The notes under the pieces are model-generated. The model was not told the origin of the DNA and did no database searches. It saw only the letters and a program-made list of their open reading frames with translations. From a virus: a stretch of DNA of 64,000 nucleotides. The DNA is taken from IMG/VR virus record IMGVR_UViG_3300037189_026210, positions 7,165-71,164 of that record; one strand, written 5' to 3'. Position 1 is the stretch's first letter; each line of letters begins with the position of its first letter. Below are positions 37,320 to 46,642 of the stretch, piece after piece. Made by a program: the position numbers and the translations under genes.

Positions 37320-38448
37320 AAAAGACGAAAAAATTATTACTTCAAATGAAATTCTTTCAAATTTCTTGAAGACAAACAAAGAAGATCACTTCAATTTCGA
37401 GGAGGATTTTTCTTATAAGGTTTCGAGTGGATCTCTTCAGTTGGATCTGCATATGAATGGGGGATTTGGTCCAGGTCTTCACAGATTTTGTGGAATCAAT
37501 GAAGGAGGTAAAACTTCTCAAGCTCTTGAGGTAATGAAGAACTTCCTTAAAACAGTTCCAAATGCCAAAGGATTTTACATTAAAGCTGAAGGTAGGCTTT
37601 CTCCAGAAATGAAAGAAAGATCTGGAGTGCCTTTTGTTTCTAATGCTGACGATTGGAATGTGGGAACTTGTTTTGTTTTTGAAAGCAATATCTACGAAAC
37701 TGTCGTAGATGCAATGAGGTCTTTGGTTGCAAACAATCAAGAAGGCATTAAATATTACTTTCTTCTTGATGCTGTAGATGGTCTTATTTCCAAATGCGAT
37801 TTAGATAAAACATTCGAAGATTCAAATAAAGTTGCTGGAGGCGCTGTAATCGCTGCAAACTTCATGAAGCGCATGTCTATCGCCTTGGCAAAGAGAGGGC
37901 ATATGGCAGTCTTTATATCGCAAGTGCGAGCCGATATTAAACTAGATCCATACTCCAAAGCTCCAATCAGACAAACTTCTGCAACTGGAGGTAATGCACT
38001 TCTTCATTTTGCGAATTGGATTTTGGAATTTGAACCAAGATTCAATGGTGATATGATTCTTCAAGATCCAAATAATAAAAAAATAGATCTTGAAAAGAAT
38101 CCTCCAATTGGACATTGGGCAAAAGTAACTGTAAAAAAATCTCCCAATGAGAAGACCAACTTAACAATTCCATATCCAATTAGGTATGGAAGAAAGAATG
38201 GTAATTCTATTTGGATAGAAAAGGAAATTGTGGACTTACTTTACGCTTGGGAATTTATGACTAGAAGTGGCGCATGGGTAAAACCTTCTGAAGAGTTTTT
38301 GGAACTAGTTAAAGAAGTGGGCATTGAAATTCCAGAAAACTTCTCTGGGGAAAAGGGTTTATTTAAATTCATTGAAGATAACTCAAATCTCTGTAAATTT
38401 TTAATCACTTACTTCAAAAATTCCATTAATGAAATTCAAAACGCTTGA
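37312..38448 (+). CDS. recA: RecA/UvsX-like recombinase
   Basis: SSGSLQLD, GINEGGKTS Walker A, IKAEGR, LLDAVDGL, FISQVR, TGGNALLHFA. Confidence 0.9.
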   Translation: MAKKDEKIITSNEILSNFLKTNKEDHFNFEEDFSYKVSSGSLQLDLHMNGGFGPGLHRFCGINEGGKTSQALEVMKNFLKTVPNAKGFYIKAEGRLSPEMKERSGVPFVSNADDWNVGTCFVFESNIYETVVDAMRSLVANNQEGIKYYFLLDAVDGLISKCDLDKTFEDSNKVAGGAVIAANFMKRMSIALAKRGHMAVFISQVRADIKLDPYSKAPIRQTSATGGNALLHFANWILEFEPRFNGDMILQDPNNKKIDLEKNPPIGHWAKVTVKKSPNEKTNLTIPYPIRYGRKNGNSIWIEKEIVDLLYAWEFMTRSGAWVKPSEEFLELVKEVGIEIPENFSGEKGLFKFIEDNSNLCKFLITYFKNSINEIQNA

Positions 38449-38836
38449 TGGAAAAGATAGAGTTGTTAAGAATCTAAAAGACTCACTTATTAAGTGGGAT
38501 GGAAAAAGCAGAAGCAAGCTTCAGCAAGGAGTTAAATTATTCTTAAAAAAGTATTGGCAAGGAGATGTAGTGTTCGAAGAAATGAGGGTAGCTGGCACTA
38601 GGTTATCCTTGGATTTTTATAACGCTAATAAAAAAATAGCAATCGAAGTTCAGGGAGAGCAACATTTTAAATTTGTTCCTTTCTTCCATAATACTAGAGG
38701 AAGTTATTTAAAACAAATAAAAAGAGATGTAAAAAAGATAGAATTTTGCGAACTGAATCAGATTCAACTTATAGAGATTTTTCCAAACGATGAGTTAAGC
38801 AAAGAATATTTTGAAAATCTTGGAGTTTATTTATAG
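38429..38836 (+). CDS. Vsr/DUF559-like PD-(D/E)xK endonuclease
   Basis: RLSLDFY...IAIEVQGEQHF...QIKRDVKKIEFCELN. Confidence 0.8.
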   Translation: MKFKTLDGKDRVVKNLKDSLIKWDGKSRSKLQQGVKLFLKKYWQGDVVFEEMRVAGTRLSLDFYNANKKIAIEVQGEQHFKFVPFFHNTRGSYLKQIKRDVKKIEFCELNQIQLIEIFPNDELSKEYFENLGVYL

Positions 38837-38849
38837 TGTAAATAAAAAT

Positions 38850-39137
38850 ATGGCCAAAAAGAAGGTAAAATTCAATAAATTTGAAATTCCAGAGAATTTT
38901 TTGAATACCTTGTATGAGCTAACTGGTTCAGAAAATAAAAATAAAGGTTATATTGTTTGCTATATAGACGAAGATGGAAATGGTCAAATCAAACAAAAAT
39001 TTGATTCTCAAGCTACGGAATTTGCTTTGACTAAATTTTTAGAAATTTTCATGAACGATAATGCTGAAATGCACGGAATTGAATTTCAGGGAGATGCATT
39101 TGAGAATAATGACGGAGAAGACGAAGAAGAGGATTGA
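38850..39137 (+). CDS. hypothetical protein with acidic tail
   Basis: likely start ATG 38850 (MAKKKVKF), 8 nt after GTGTAA at 38836-38841. Confidence 0.65.
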   Translation: MAKKKVKFNKFEIPENFLNTLYELTGSENKNKGYIVCYIDEDGNGQIKQKFDSQATEFALTKFLEIFMNDNAEMHGIEFQGDAFENNDGEDEEED

Positions 39138-39161
39138 CAACGACTATGGTCATGCTATCAT
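39134..39161 (+). promoter_or_regulatory. sigma70-like promoter, likely leaderless transcript
   Basis: TTGACA-16 nt-TATCAT with TGn extension, 5 nt before ATG 39167. Confidence 0.65.
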
Positions 39162-39166
39162 TTGGT

Positions 39167-40684
39167 ATGATCTATTCTTATGAACTAGAAAAACAGCTTT
39201 TAGCTGGATTGATTAAAAATCCTAACTCTTTCATTGACATTTGCTCTTTCGTTTCTGAAAGAGATTTTTATTCTGAAGATTCTGTCTTAAACAAGACTAT
39301 CTTCACTGTCATCAAACAAGCAATAGAGAACGCTGAAGATGTTGATGATGTTATTATCGCCCAGAGAATCCAATCTCTGGGCTTGTCTTTTGAGGATAAT
39401 ATCAATGTAGCAGATTACATTCGCTCATTGGGAATGAGGAAGGTATCTGAATCCAGTACTGTTAAGGCCGCAAAGGAACTGAAGAAGTATACAATTCGTA
39501 GAGAAATCTACGAATCTTCCATAGACGTTGGAAGAAAAATGAAGACGATGGCTCCAGAAAGTTCTTATCTGGATATTGTTAATACTGCTGACAAGATCTA
39601 TAACTCAAAAATAAATCATTACGAGATCGGTGCCGATACTCCAGAAAATATCTATGAAGATATGGAGTCGGTTATTGAAGAGAGGGGTAATAATCCAATT
39701 AAAGAATTTGGCTTGATGGGTCCACACAAGAAGGTGAATGATATCTATGGATCTCTACTTCGCCCAGGCAATATAACCGTCATTGTTGCCAGATCTGGAG
39801 TTGGTAAAACCCAGTTTTGCATGGACTATTCGACCAAAGTCGCTGCGCAATACGATATACCAGTTCTTCACTTTGATAATGGAGAAATGAGTAGAGAGGA
39901 ATTGATGATGCGTCAATGTACAGCCTTATCTGGAGTTCCAATGCATTTGCTAGAGAGTGGACAGTGGAGACAGTGCGGCGAAGCAGTTGTGGAGAAGGTT
40001 AGATCAGTTTGGCCAAAGGTAAAAAAGATGAAGTTCTTTTATTACAATGTTGGTGGAATGGATGTCGATGCAATGATCAATACTCTAAAAAGATTTTATT
40101 ATTCTCAAGTTGGAAGGGGAAATAAGATGATTTTTAGTTTCGACTACATTAAAACTACATCAGAGAAAAGTGATAAAAATGAATGGCAAGTAGTCGGAGA
40201 AATGGTTGACAAGTTTAAAAAATGCATTCAAAAAGAAATGCTGATCGATGGAAAACCAATCATTCCGATGATTACATCAGTTCAAAGTAATCGAAGTGGG
40301 ATCACAAACAATAGAAACTCACAAAATATTGTAGACGATGAAAGCATTGTCTCGTTATCAGATAGGATTATTCAGTTTTGTTCTCATATGTTTATCTTGA
40401 GAAAGAAAACTACTGATGAAGTGCAGCAGGAAGCAAATCAATTTGGCACTCACAAATTGATAAATATTAAAGCTAGACATTTGGGATCAGACTTGGTAGG
40501 AGCATTAGAGCCAGTTTTACTTGGCGACACTTTGAGAAATAATTTCATCAATCTAGAATTTAAAAATTTTGCTATCACAGAAAAGGGCGATTTGAGAGAT
40601 GTCGTTCAATTCTTGAATGGTAGAGAAGACTTAGATGATTCAGAATTTAACGGAAGATTAATACCAGATTTCAATGAACTCTAA
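39167..40684 (+). CDS. dnaB: replicative DNA helicase (DnaB family)
   Basis: likely start 39167; EKQLLAGL N-domain, VARSGVGKT Walker A, HFDNGEM, FDYIK, VQSNRSG, KARH. Confidence 0.92.
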   Translation: MIYSYELEKQLLAGLIKNPNSFIDICSFVSERDFYSEDSVLNKTIFTVIKQAIENAEDVDDVIIAQRIQSLGLSFEDNINVADYIRSLGMRKVSESSTVKAAKELKKYTIRREIYESSIDVGRKMKTMAPESSYLDIVNTADKIYNSKINHYEIGADTPENIYEDMESVIEERGNNPIKEFGLMGPHKKVNDIYGSLLRPGNITVIVARSGVGKTQFCMDYSTKVAAQYDIPVLHFDNGEMSREELMMRQCTALSGVPMHLLESGQWRQCGEAVVEKVRSVWPKVKKMKFFYYNVGGMDVDAMINTLKRFYYSQVGRGNKMIFSFDYIKTTSEKSDKNEWQVVGEMVDKFKKCIQKEMLIDGKPIIPMITSVQSNRSGITNNRNSQNIVDDESIVSLSDRIIQFCSHMFILRKKTTDEVQQEANQFGTHKLINIKARHLGSDLVGALEPVLLGDTLRNNFINLEFKNFAITEKGDLRDVVQFLNGREDLDDSEFNGRLIPDFNEL

Positions 40685-41684
40685 AATTTATTCATCATTG
40701 GTCGAATTAGGCTATGAGCTTTCGGACTTTGGTAATCACTGGAGAACTAAGGCTATTTATAGAGGTGGAGATAATCCTACTTCAGTAATGATCTATAAAG
40801 ATACTGGAGTTTGGAAAGACTTTGTAGCCAATAAGGGCGCAATGCCATTCAAGAAACTTGTTGAATTAACGTTAAATACTACTGATTATTCAGTGATCAA
40901 GAAGTATATAGAAGATTATGCTGACTACAAAGCAGAAGAGCCAAAAGAAAAATTAGAGATGGAAAAAATTTATCCAGAAGAGTGTTTAAAAAAGCTTTTT
41001 TCAAACTATGCTTTTTATGAAAAGCGCGGCATTTCACAATCTATCCAAATGATGTATAAATGCGGTTTAGCTTCTGCTGGAAGAATGTATAGACGAATTG
41101 TTTTTCCTATTTATAATCTAAATAATCAAATTTGTGGATTTAGTGGAAGAAAATTAGATGAAGACAAAGAAGCTCCAAAATGGAAGCATATTGGATCTAA
41201 AAATAATTGGGTTTATCCAGCCTGCATTCCCAATTTTCCAGAGATAAATGATGAAGTGATACTTGTCGAAAGTATTGGAGATAGCATGGCTCTAACTCAA
41301 AATGGCTATGAGAACAATTTAGTAATGTTTGGACTAGACTGTAGCAACGCTTTAATAAATTTCTTAATTTCCAAGAATTTAAAATCTATTTATATATCAA
41401 ATAATAATGACTCTTCAAGTGAGAAAAATAGAGGCTTGATTTCATCAATCAAGGCTTTCATTAAACTTTCTTCATATTTTGATCTTGACATTTTAAAAAT
41501 TAAACCTCCATTATTAAATGATTTTGGAGAAATGCAGCAGTCAGAAAATTCACTTTTATTTTGCGAGTGGAACAAAAGAGAATCTTTATCAATTAAAGAT
41601 ATCTTGAAGTTCGTAAAGGAAAATGAATCAGAATTCAACAAAACAAAGTTAACAAAATTTTATAAAAAATGTCTGAACGAGTAA
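40674..41684 (+). CDS. dnaG: DNA primase (DnaG-like, TOPRIM)
   Basis: RRIVFPIYN..ICGFSGR..PKWKH, VILVESIGD. Confidence 0.85.
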   Translation: MNSKIYSSLVELGYELSDFGNHWRTKAIYRGGDNPTSVMIYKDTGVWKDFVANKGAMPFKKLVELTLNTTDYSVIKKYIEDYADYKAEEPKEKLEMEKIYPEECLKKLFSNYAFYEKRGISQSIQMMYKCGLASAGRMYRRIVFPIYNLNNQICGFSGRKLDEDKEAPKWKHIGSKNNWVYPACIPNFPEINDEVILVESIGDSMALTQNGYENNLVMFGLDCSNALINFLISKNLKSIYISNNNDSSSEKNRGLISSIKAFIKLSSYFDLDILKIKPPLLNDFGEMQQSENSLLFCEWNKRESLSIKDILKFVKENESEFNKTKLTKFYKKCLNE

Positions 41685-42673
41685 CGCTATCTGCAAGTAG
41701 GATCAAAACAGCTCAATCTTGCAGCTGGCTTTACTGGTTCAAGTATATTCTTAAAGCTCCAGACAAAAGCAATGATGGAGCAAAAAGAGGCACTATATGC
41801 CATCTAGTTTTCGAATTGCTCGGAGATGAAAAAGAAAAAAAGAACTATGAAAAAATCATAGAAAAACAAGATGTCTTTGCAAGTGCAAAAGTTAAAAAAC
41901 TTATATTAACAGAAGCCAAGAATTCAAACGTCGATGATCAAGAAAATCTTGATTTAATTAAAAAGATGACGCTGAATGGATTGAATTACGATTTCTTCGG
42001 CGAATCAATGGGAGAAATAGATGAGTCATTCTCCGAAAGAGATTTTGACTTTGATGTTGATGACGGAGAAGTTTCGTATAAAACAAAAGGATTTATCGAT
42101 AAACTTTTTATTAAAAATGAAAAAGCAATTATTAGAGATTTTAAATCAAGCAAAGATGTGTTTAAGGGAAAAGATTTAGAAGATAATCTACAAGATCTGA
42201 TGTATACTTTGGCGGTAAGAAAACTTTTTCCAAAACTAAAAAAGATTTATAGTGAGTTTGTATTTTTGAAATTCTCTCCAGAGAAAGGTGTTATAAAAAT
42301 GTCGCCCGTATCGGATGAAGAATTGAGAGGATTTGAATATCAATTAACTTCAATCCAAAAATACTTGGACAATTTCAATGAAAAGATCGCGATGAAAAAT
42401 TTTGCTGCAAAAGCGGACTTCCCTAAAGATAATTCTTTTGGGGGACCGCTGCTTTGTGGGTACGCTAAATCTGCGGACGAGAAAAAAGTAGATGGATCTC
42501 CTAAATGGTTTTGTCCAGCCAAATTTGCTTTTGAGTTTTATCAAATTAAAAAAGACGGCAAGATTGTGGACTCCTGTTTCATTAAAGAGAAAAAAGAATA
42601 TGAAAAGAAGTATGCCGAACATGAATTCTTACTTTTTAAGTATGAGGGATGTCCTGCTCACAAAAAGCGTTGA
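41669..42673 (+). CDS. PD-(D/E)xK exonuclease (RecB/AddB/Cas4-like)
   Basis: LSASRIKT..C, GTICHLVFE, GFIDKL, IRDFKSSK, LQDLMY. Confidence 0.85.
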   Translation: MSERVTLSASRIKTAQSCSWLYWFKYILKAPDKSNDGAKRGTICHLVFELLGDEKEKKNYEKIIEKQDVFASAKVKKLILTEAKNSNVDDQENLDLIKKMTLNGLNYDFFGESMGEIDESFSERDFDFDVDDGEVSYKTKGFIDKLFIKNEKAIIRDFKSSKDVFKGKDLEDNLQDLMYTLAVRKLFPKLKKIYSEFVFLKFSPEKGVIKMSPVSDEELRGFEYQLTSIQKYLDNFNEKIAMKNFAAKADFPKDNSFGGPLLCGYAKSADEKKVDGSPKWFCPAKFAFEFYQIKKDGKIVDSCFIKEKKEYEKKYAEHEFLLFKYEGCPAHKKR

Positions 42674-42697
42674 CATTTAAGATTAATCATCCATACT
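42670..42697 (+). promoter_or_regulatory. sigma70-like promoter, likely leaderless transcript
   Basis: TTGACA-16 nt-CATACT, 6 nt before ATG 42704. Confidence 0.6.
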
Positions 42698-42703
42698 CGA
42701 TTC

Positions 42704-43474
42704 ATGATACCTATCTTTAAGTCAAACTTTTCCATAGGAAAAAGTATACTGACATTAGATGCTCCAGAGTCTTGCCCAGATGAAGATGCAGCAGATTCAA
42801 TTTTACAGATAGTTAAGGAAAATAATTTATCTCAACTTGTTCTTGTCGAAGACTCGATGATTGGTTTTTTGGAAGCTCACAAGGCTGCAAAAAATTTAAA
42901 TATTCATTTAGTTTATGGTTTAAGAATAAATTGCTGCAACGATGTCTCTGATGAGAAAAAAGAGCAATCAAAACATAAAATTATTATCTTTGCAAAAGAT
43001 GACAATGGCTGTAAATTGTTAAATAAAATTTATTCCAAAGCATTTTGTGATCATTCTGGATATGTTGACTGTAAAATATTAATGGAGCTTTGGAATGAAA
43101 GTTCATTGAAATTAGCAATTCCATTTTATGACTCTTACGTCCATAATAACAGCTTTGGATTTGGAACTTGTTTGCCTAACTTTATTTTCACTAGTCCACA
43201 TTATTTCATCGAGCGTAATCATCTACCTTTTGATTCGTTGCTCGAAAGACAAATAAGCGAAATGACAAAAGATCCGATTTTAGTAAAAACAATTCTTTAT
43301 AAGAATAAAAAAGATGTTTTTGCATTTCAAACTTACAAATGTCTAACTAATAGATCGTTTGGAAAGGAATCTTCATTATCAAGTCCAAATTTAAACCATT
43401 TTGGATCTGATGAATTTTGCTGGGAAAGCTTCTTAGAAGAAAGTAAAAAATATGGAAGACCTGCTACGGTTTAA
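42704..43474 (+). CDS. stand-alone PHP domain of DNA polymerase III alpha
   Basis: FKSNFSIGKSIL, LVEDSMIGFLE, LVYGLRI, IIIFAKDDNGCKLLNKIYS; His ligands appear absent. Confidence 0.8.
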   Translation: MIPIFKSNFSIGKSILTLDAPESCPDEDAADSILQIVKENNLSQLVLVEDSMIGFLEAHKAAKNLNIHLVYGLRINCCNDVSDEKKEQSKHKIIIFAKDDNGCKLLNKIYSKAFCDHSGYVDCKILMELWNESSLKLAIPFYDSYVHNNSFGFGTCLPNFIFTSPHYFIERNHLPFDSLLERQISEMTKDPILVKTILYKNKKDVFAFQTYKCLTNRSFGKESSLSSPNLNHFGSDEFCWESFLEESKKYGRPATV

Positions 43475-44081
43475 ATTTGATCAAAAGTATTTAATTCTCG
43501 ATACTGAAACTGAAGGTCTTAATTTAGTGTCTTCAAGACCTTGGCAAGTTTCATGGATCACTGCTCAAGGAAAAACGATCAAATCTAAAAATGATAGATT
43601 TGTCAAATGGCCTAATCTAAACGTTAGTCCAGATGCCGCAAGAATAACTGGATTTAATCAATTTGATTACGAATCTAAAGCCGAAGATCCCCTAAAGGTT
43701 CTAAAAGATTTATGGTCAGTTATAACTGATCCAAGCTACATAATTGTCGGACAAAACTTACTTAATTTTGATGTTTATATTTTAAATGTTTTGCGAAAGC
43801 ATTGCAATTTAAATTGTGATTATTCTTATGTTCATAGGATTCTAGACACCAGAGCATTGGCAATGTCTATCGCTATGGGCAACAAAGATATTGACAAGAA
43901 TGATATTTTAACACAGTATAAATACATCTCTCATCGAGATAAAAAAATCAAAACAAGTCAAGCTGCATTATTGAAACAGTACGAAATTGAGCATGATCCA
44001 TCAAAGTTACATAACGCTCTTTACGATATTGAGATGACGTTCAAAATCTTCTTAAGGCAAATACAAGAAATTAATATTTAA
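43452..44081 (+). CDS. DEDDh 3'-5' exonuclease (DnaQ/epsilon-like)
   Basis: LDTETEGL, GQNLLNFD, LDT, LHNALYDI. Confidence 0.9.
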   Translation: MEDLLRFKFDQKYLILDTETEGLNLVSSRPWQVSWITAQGKTIKSKNDRFVKWPNLNVSPDAARITGFNQFDYESKAEDPLKVLKDLWSVITDPSYIIVGQNLLNFDVYILNVLRKHCNLNCDYSYVHRILDTRALAMSIAMGNKDIDKNDILTQYKYISHRDKKIKTSQAALLKQYEIEHDPSKLHNALYDIEMTFKIFLRQIQEINI

Positions 44082-46634
44082 ATGTTCTCAGATTTTCAAA
44101 AATATCAAAGCCCAACTGCTGCTGGGGTTCTTTTGCCAAAAATTAAAATTGAAGATAAATATTACAAGATGTTGAGTACTCCAAACTCAATATCAAATTA
44201 TGACTTTTTAAGACGGCTGGCATTCAAAGGAGTTAAAGATAAAAAAATTGATTCTTTTGAAAATAAACAGGAATATTATGATAGGGCAAAAACTGAATTA
44301 ACGATTCTTGAAGATCTTGGTTTTATTGATTATATTCTATTAAACTGGGATATTTTAAATTTTTGCCATGAGAATGAAATTCCTACTGGTGCTGGACGAG
44401 GTAGTGCAGCGGGAAGTTTAATTTTATATCTTATTGGTGTAACTAAAGTAGACCCTATTAAATATGGATTATTCTTTGAAAGATTTGTTTCTAAAAGTCG
44501 TGCAAGAAAAATCGTCGATAATAATGTTGTTTATCTTGACGGTTCTCTGCTTGCGGATGTTGACAACGATATTGCTTACGAAAGAAGAAAAGAGGTTATC
44601 CAATATATTGAAAACAAATTTAAAGGTAAAACGTGCAAAATTCTTACGATGAACACATTGAGCGGAAAGCTCTGTATTAAAGAATGTGGTAAAATCGTTG
44701 GAGAATTAGAAGAATCAAAAGTCAATGAAGTTAGCGAATCTATTCCTAAAAAATTTGGCAAAGTAGCTCCATTAACTCAAGCCTTTCAAGAAAGCGATAA
44801 GTTTAGAGAGTTCTGTAATGAACATCCAATGGTTTATGCGGTAGCTAGAAAACTTGAAAATTTAAATAAAAATACTGGAGTGCATCCTTCTGGTATTGCA
44901 ATTTCTCATGATGAATTGACAGATTTAATGCCAGTTCAAAAAACTGGAGATGGCGATTTAGTTTCTGGATACGATATGAATAACGTATCAGAACTAACGG
45001 TTAAATTTGATATTCTTGGATTAAGAACTCTTTCAGTATTACAAGATGTCTGCAAACAAACTGGAGTAAATTTGATGGATATTGATTTGTCTTCAAATTT
45101 AATTTATGACTATTTAAAAGATCTTCAGAACCCACAAGGATTATTTCAAATTGAAGCAGATACAAACTTTAGAGTTTGCCAAAAGGTTAAACCAAGAAGT
45201 CTCGAAGAATTATCTGCAGTAGTTGCTATTGCTCGTCCAGGTGCTTTAGAATTTTTACAAAATTATGCGACTTATATTGAAAGTGGAAACTTTCAAAGCG
45301 TCAATCCATTCTTTGATGAAGAACTCTCCTATACTGGAGGAATTCCACTATATCAAGAACAATTGATGAAAATGGCCGTTAAGGTTGGTTTTACATTAGA
45401 TGAATCTGAGCAGTTGAGACGAATTGTCGGTAAAAAGAAAGTCGATCAAATTGAAGCTTGGAAACAAAAAATTGAAGACAAAATAAAAGAAAACAATTTG
45501 ACAGAAGAAATCGGCAATGTTCTCTGGAAGGTTGCAGAAGATAGCGCTAACTATAGCTTTAATAAATCGCATAGTATTTCTTATGCAATTCTTGCAGCAT
45601 GGACAGTTTACCTTAAGTTTAATTATCCAAAAGAGTTTTTCTTGAGCCTCCTCAAATCAACTCAATACGAACCAGATCCCCATGAAGAAATATCAAAGAT
45701 CTCAAAAGAATTGATATACTTTGATATGAGATTACTGGCACCAGACTTAATTAAATCTGATTCTGATTTCAAAATTGAAAATCGTGACATAAGATACGGT
45801 TTGAATTCAATCAAGGGAATATCTACCAAAGTGCTGGAATCGTTAATTGATTTTAGGCAAAATAGTTTTTCAAATAAATATGATTTATTTATTGCTGCAA
45901 AAGAGTCTGGTTTAAATATAGGGGCTCTGTCAGCATTGATTCAAGCTGGAGCTTTAGATAGCCTTTCAAGCGATAGATGCAGATTGGTATTGGAGGCTCA
46001 GACCTTTAATATTCTTACTGATAGAGAGAAAATACAATTTGTTAATATTGGATCAATATATAACTTTGATATTCTTAATTCTATAAAAGACGTTGTGTCG
46101 AAAGATATGATTGGAGATGATAATAAAAAAATCATGACCCCTAAAAGATTTGAGACTTTCAAAAAGAAATACGAGCCATATAAGGAAATCTACGAAAAAA
46201 ATATCAAACATCATAAATTCGCTAATTGGTTCTTTGAAAAGAAACTCCTTGGTTATAGTTACTCTTATAACATTCGAGATATCTTTAAAGATTCTGATGA
46301 TAAAAGATTCACTAGTAGTCTAGAATTTAGGGCTACCGAGAACAACTCTAACATTAGAGTAGTTGGATGGGTTTCAGAAGCAGAGAAAAGAACTAGTCGC
46401 AATCAAAACAAATACTTGAAAATAAATCTTCAAGATGAACTGGGATCAATAACGGGTATGCTAATGGATGGAAGGGATAACAAAATGACTCAATATTTTG
46501 AAAATGGTGGGAAAATACCAAAAGAGGATAGCGTAGTAGTATTGACAGGTCGAAAATCAAACGATACAATGTTCTTGGACAATCTTTTCATTTTGGATGA
46601 GAAGATTTATATGAAATTGTCTGAATTGAAATAG
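44082..46634 (+). CDS. dnaE: DNA polymerase III alpha catalytic core (lacks PHP)
   Basis: GAGRGSAAGSL, FERFV, DVDND, GVHPSG, KFDILGLRTL, YQEQLM, YSFNKSH, C-terminal OB fold. Confidence 0.95.
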   Translation: MFSDFQKYQSPTAAGVLLPKIKIEDKYYKMLSTPNSISNYDFLRRLAFKGVKDKKIDSFENKQEYYDRAKTELTILEDLGFIDYILLNWDILNFCHENEIPTGAGRGSAAGSLILYLIGVTKVDPIKYGLFFERFVSKSRARKIVDNNVVYLDGSLLADVDNDIAYERRKEVIQYIENKFKGKTCKILTMNTLSGKLCIKECGKIVGELEESKVNEVSESIPKKFGKVAPLTQAFQESDKFREFCNEHPMVYAVARKLENLNKNTGVHPSGIAISHDELTDLMPVQKTGDGDLVSGYDMNNVSELTVKFDILGLRTLSVLQDVCKQTGVNLMDIDLSSNLIYDYLKDLQNPQGLFQIEADTNFRVCQKVKPRSLEELSAVVAIARPGALEFLQNYATYIESGNFQSVNPFFDEELSYTGGIPLYQEQLMKMAVKVGFTLDESEQLRRIVGKKKVDQIEAWKQKIEDKIKENNLTEEIGNVLWKVAEDSANYSFNKSHSISYAILAAWTVYLKFNYPKEFFLSLLKSTQYEPDPHEEISKISKELIYFDMRLLAPDLIKSDSDFKIENRDIRYGLNSIKGISTKVLESLIDFRQNSFSNKYDLFIAAKESGLNIGALSALIQAGALDSLSSDRCRLVLEAQTFNILTDREKIQFVNIGSIYNFDILNSIKDVVSKDMIGDDNKKIMTPKRFETFKKKYEPYKEIYEKNIKHHKFANWFFEKKLLGYSYSYNIRDIFKDSDDKRFTSSLEFRATENNSNIRVVGWVSEAEKRTSRNQNKYLKINLQDELGSITGMLMDGRDNKMTQYFENGGKIPKEDSVVVLTGRKSNDTMFLDNLFILDEKIYMKLSELK

Positions 46635-46642
46635 TGTAAAAT

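Noticed and set aside
41669-42673. Cas4-like nuclease as sign of a CRISPR-Cas system
   Set aside because: No cas1/cas2 or array; sits in the replication module like ordinary phage PD-(D/E)xK exonucleases
26166-46634. Inteins or introns in nrdA, nrdB, recA, dnaB, dnaE
   Set aside because: Lengths are normal or short and conserved motifs are contiguous; no intein termini or homing endonuclease motifs seen
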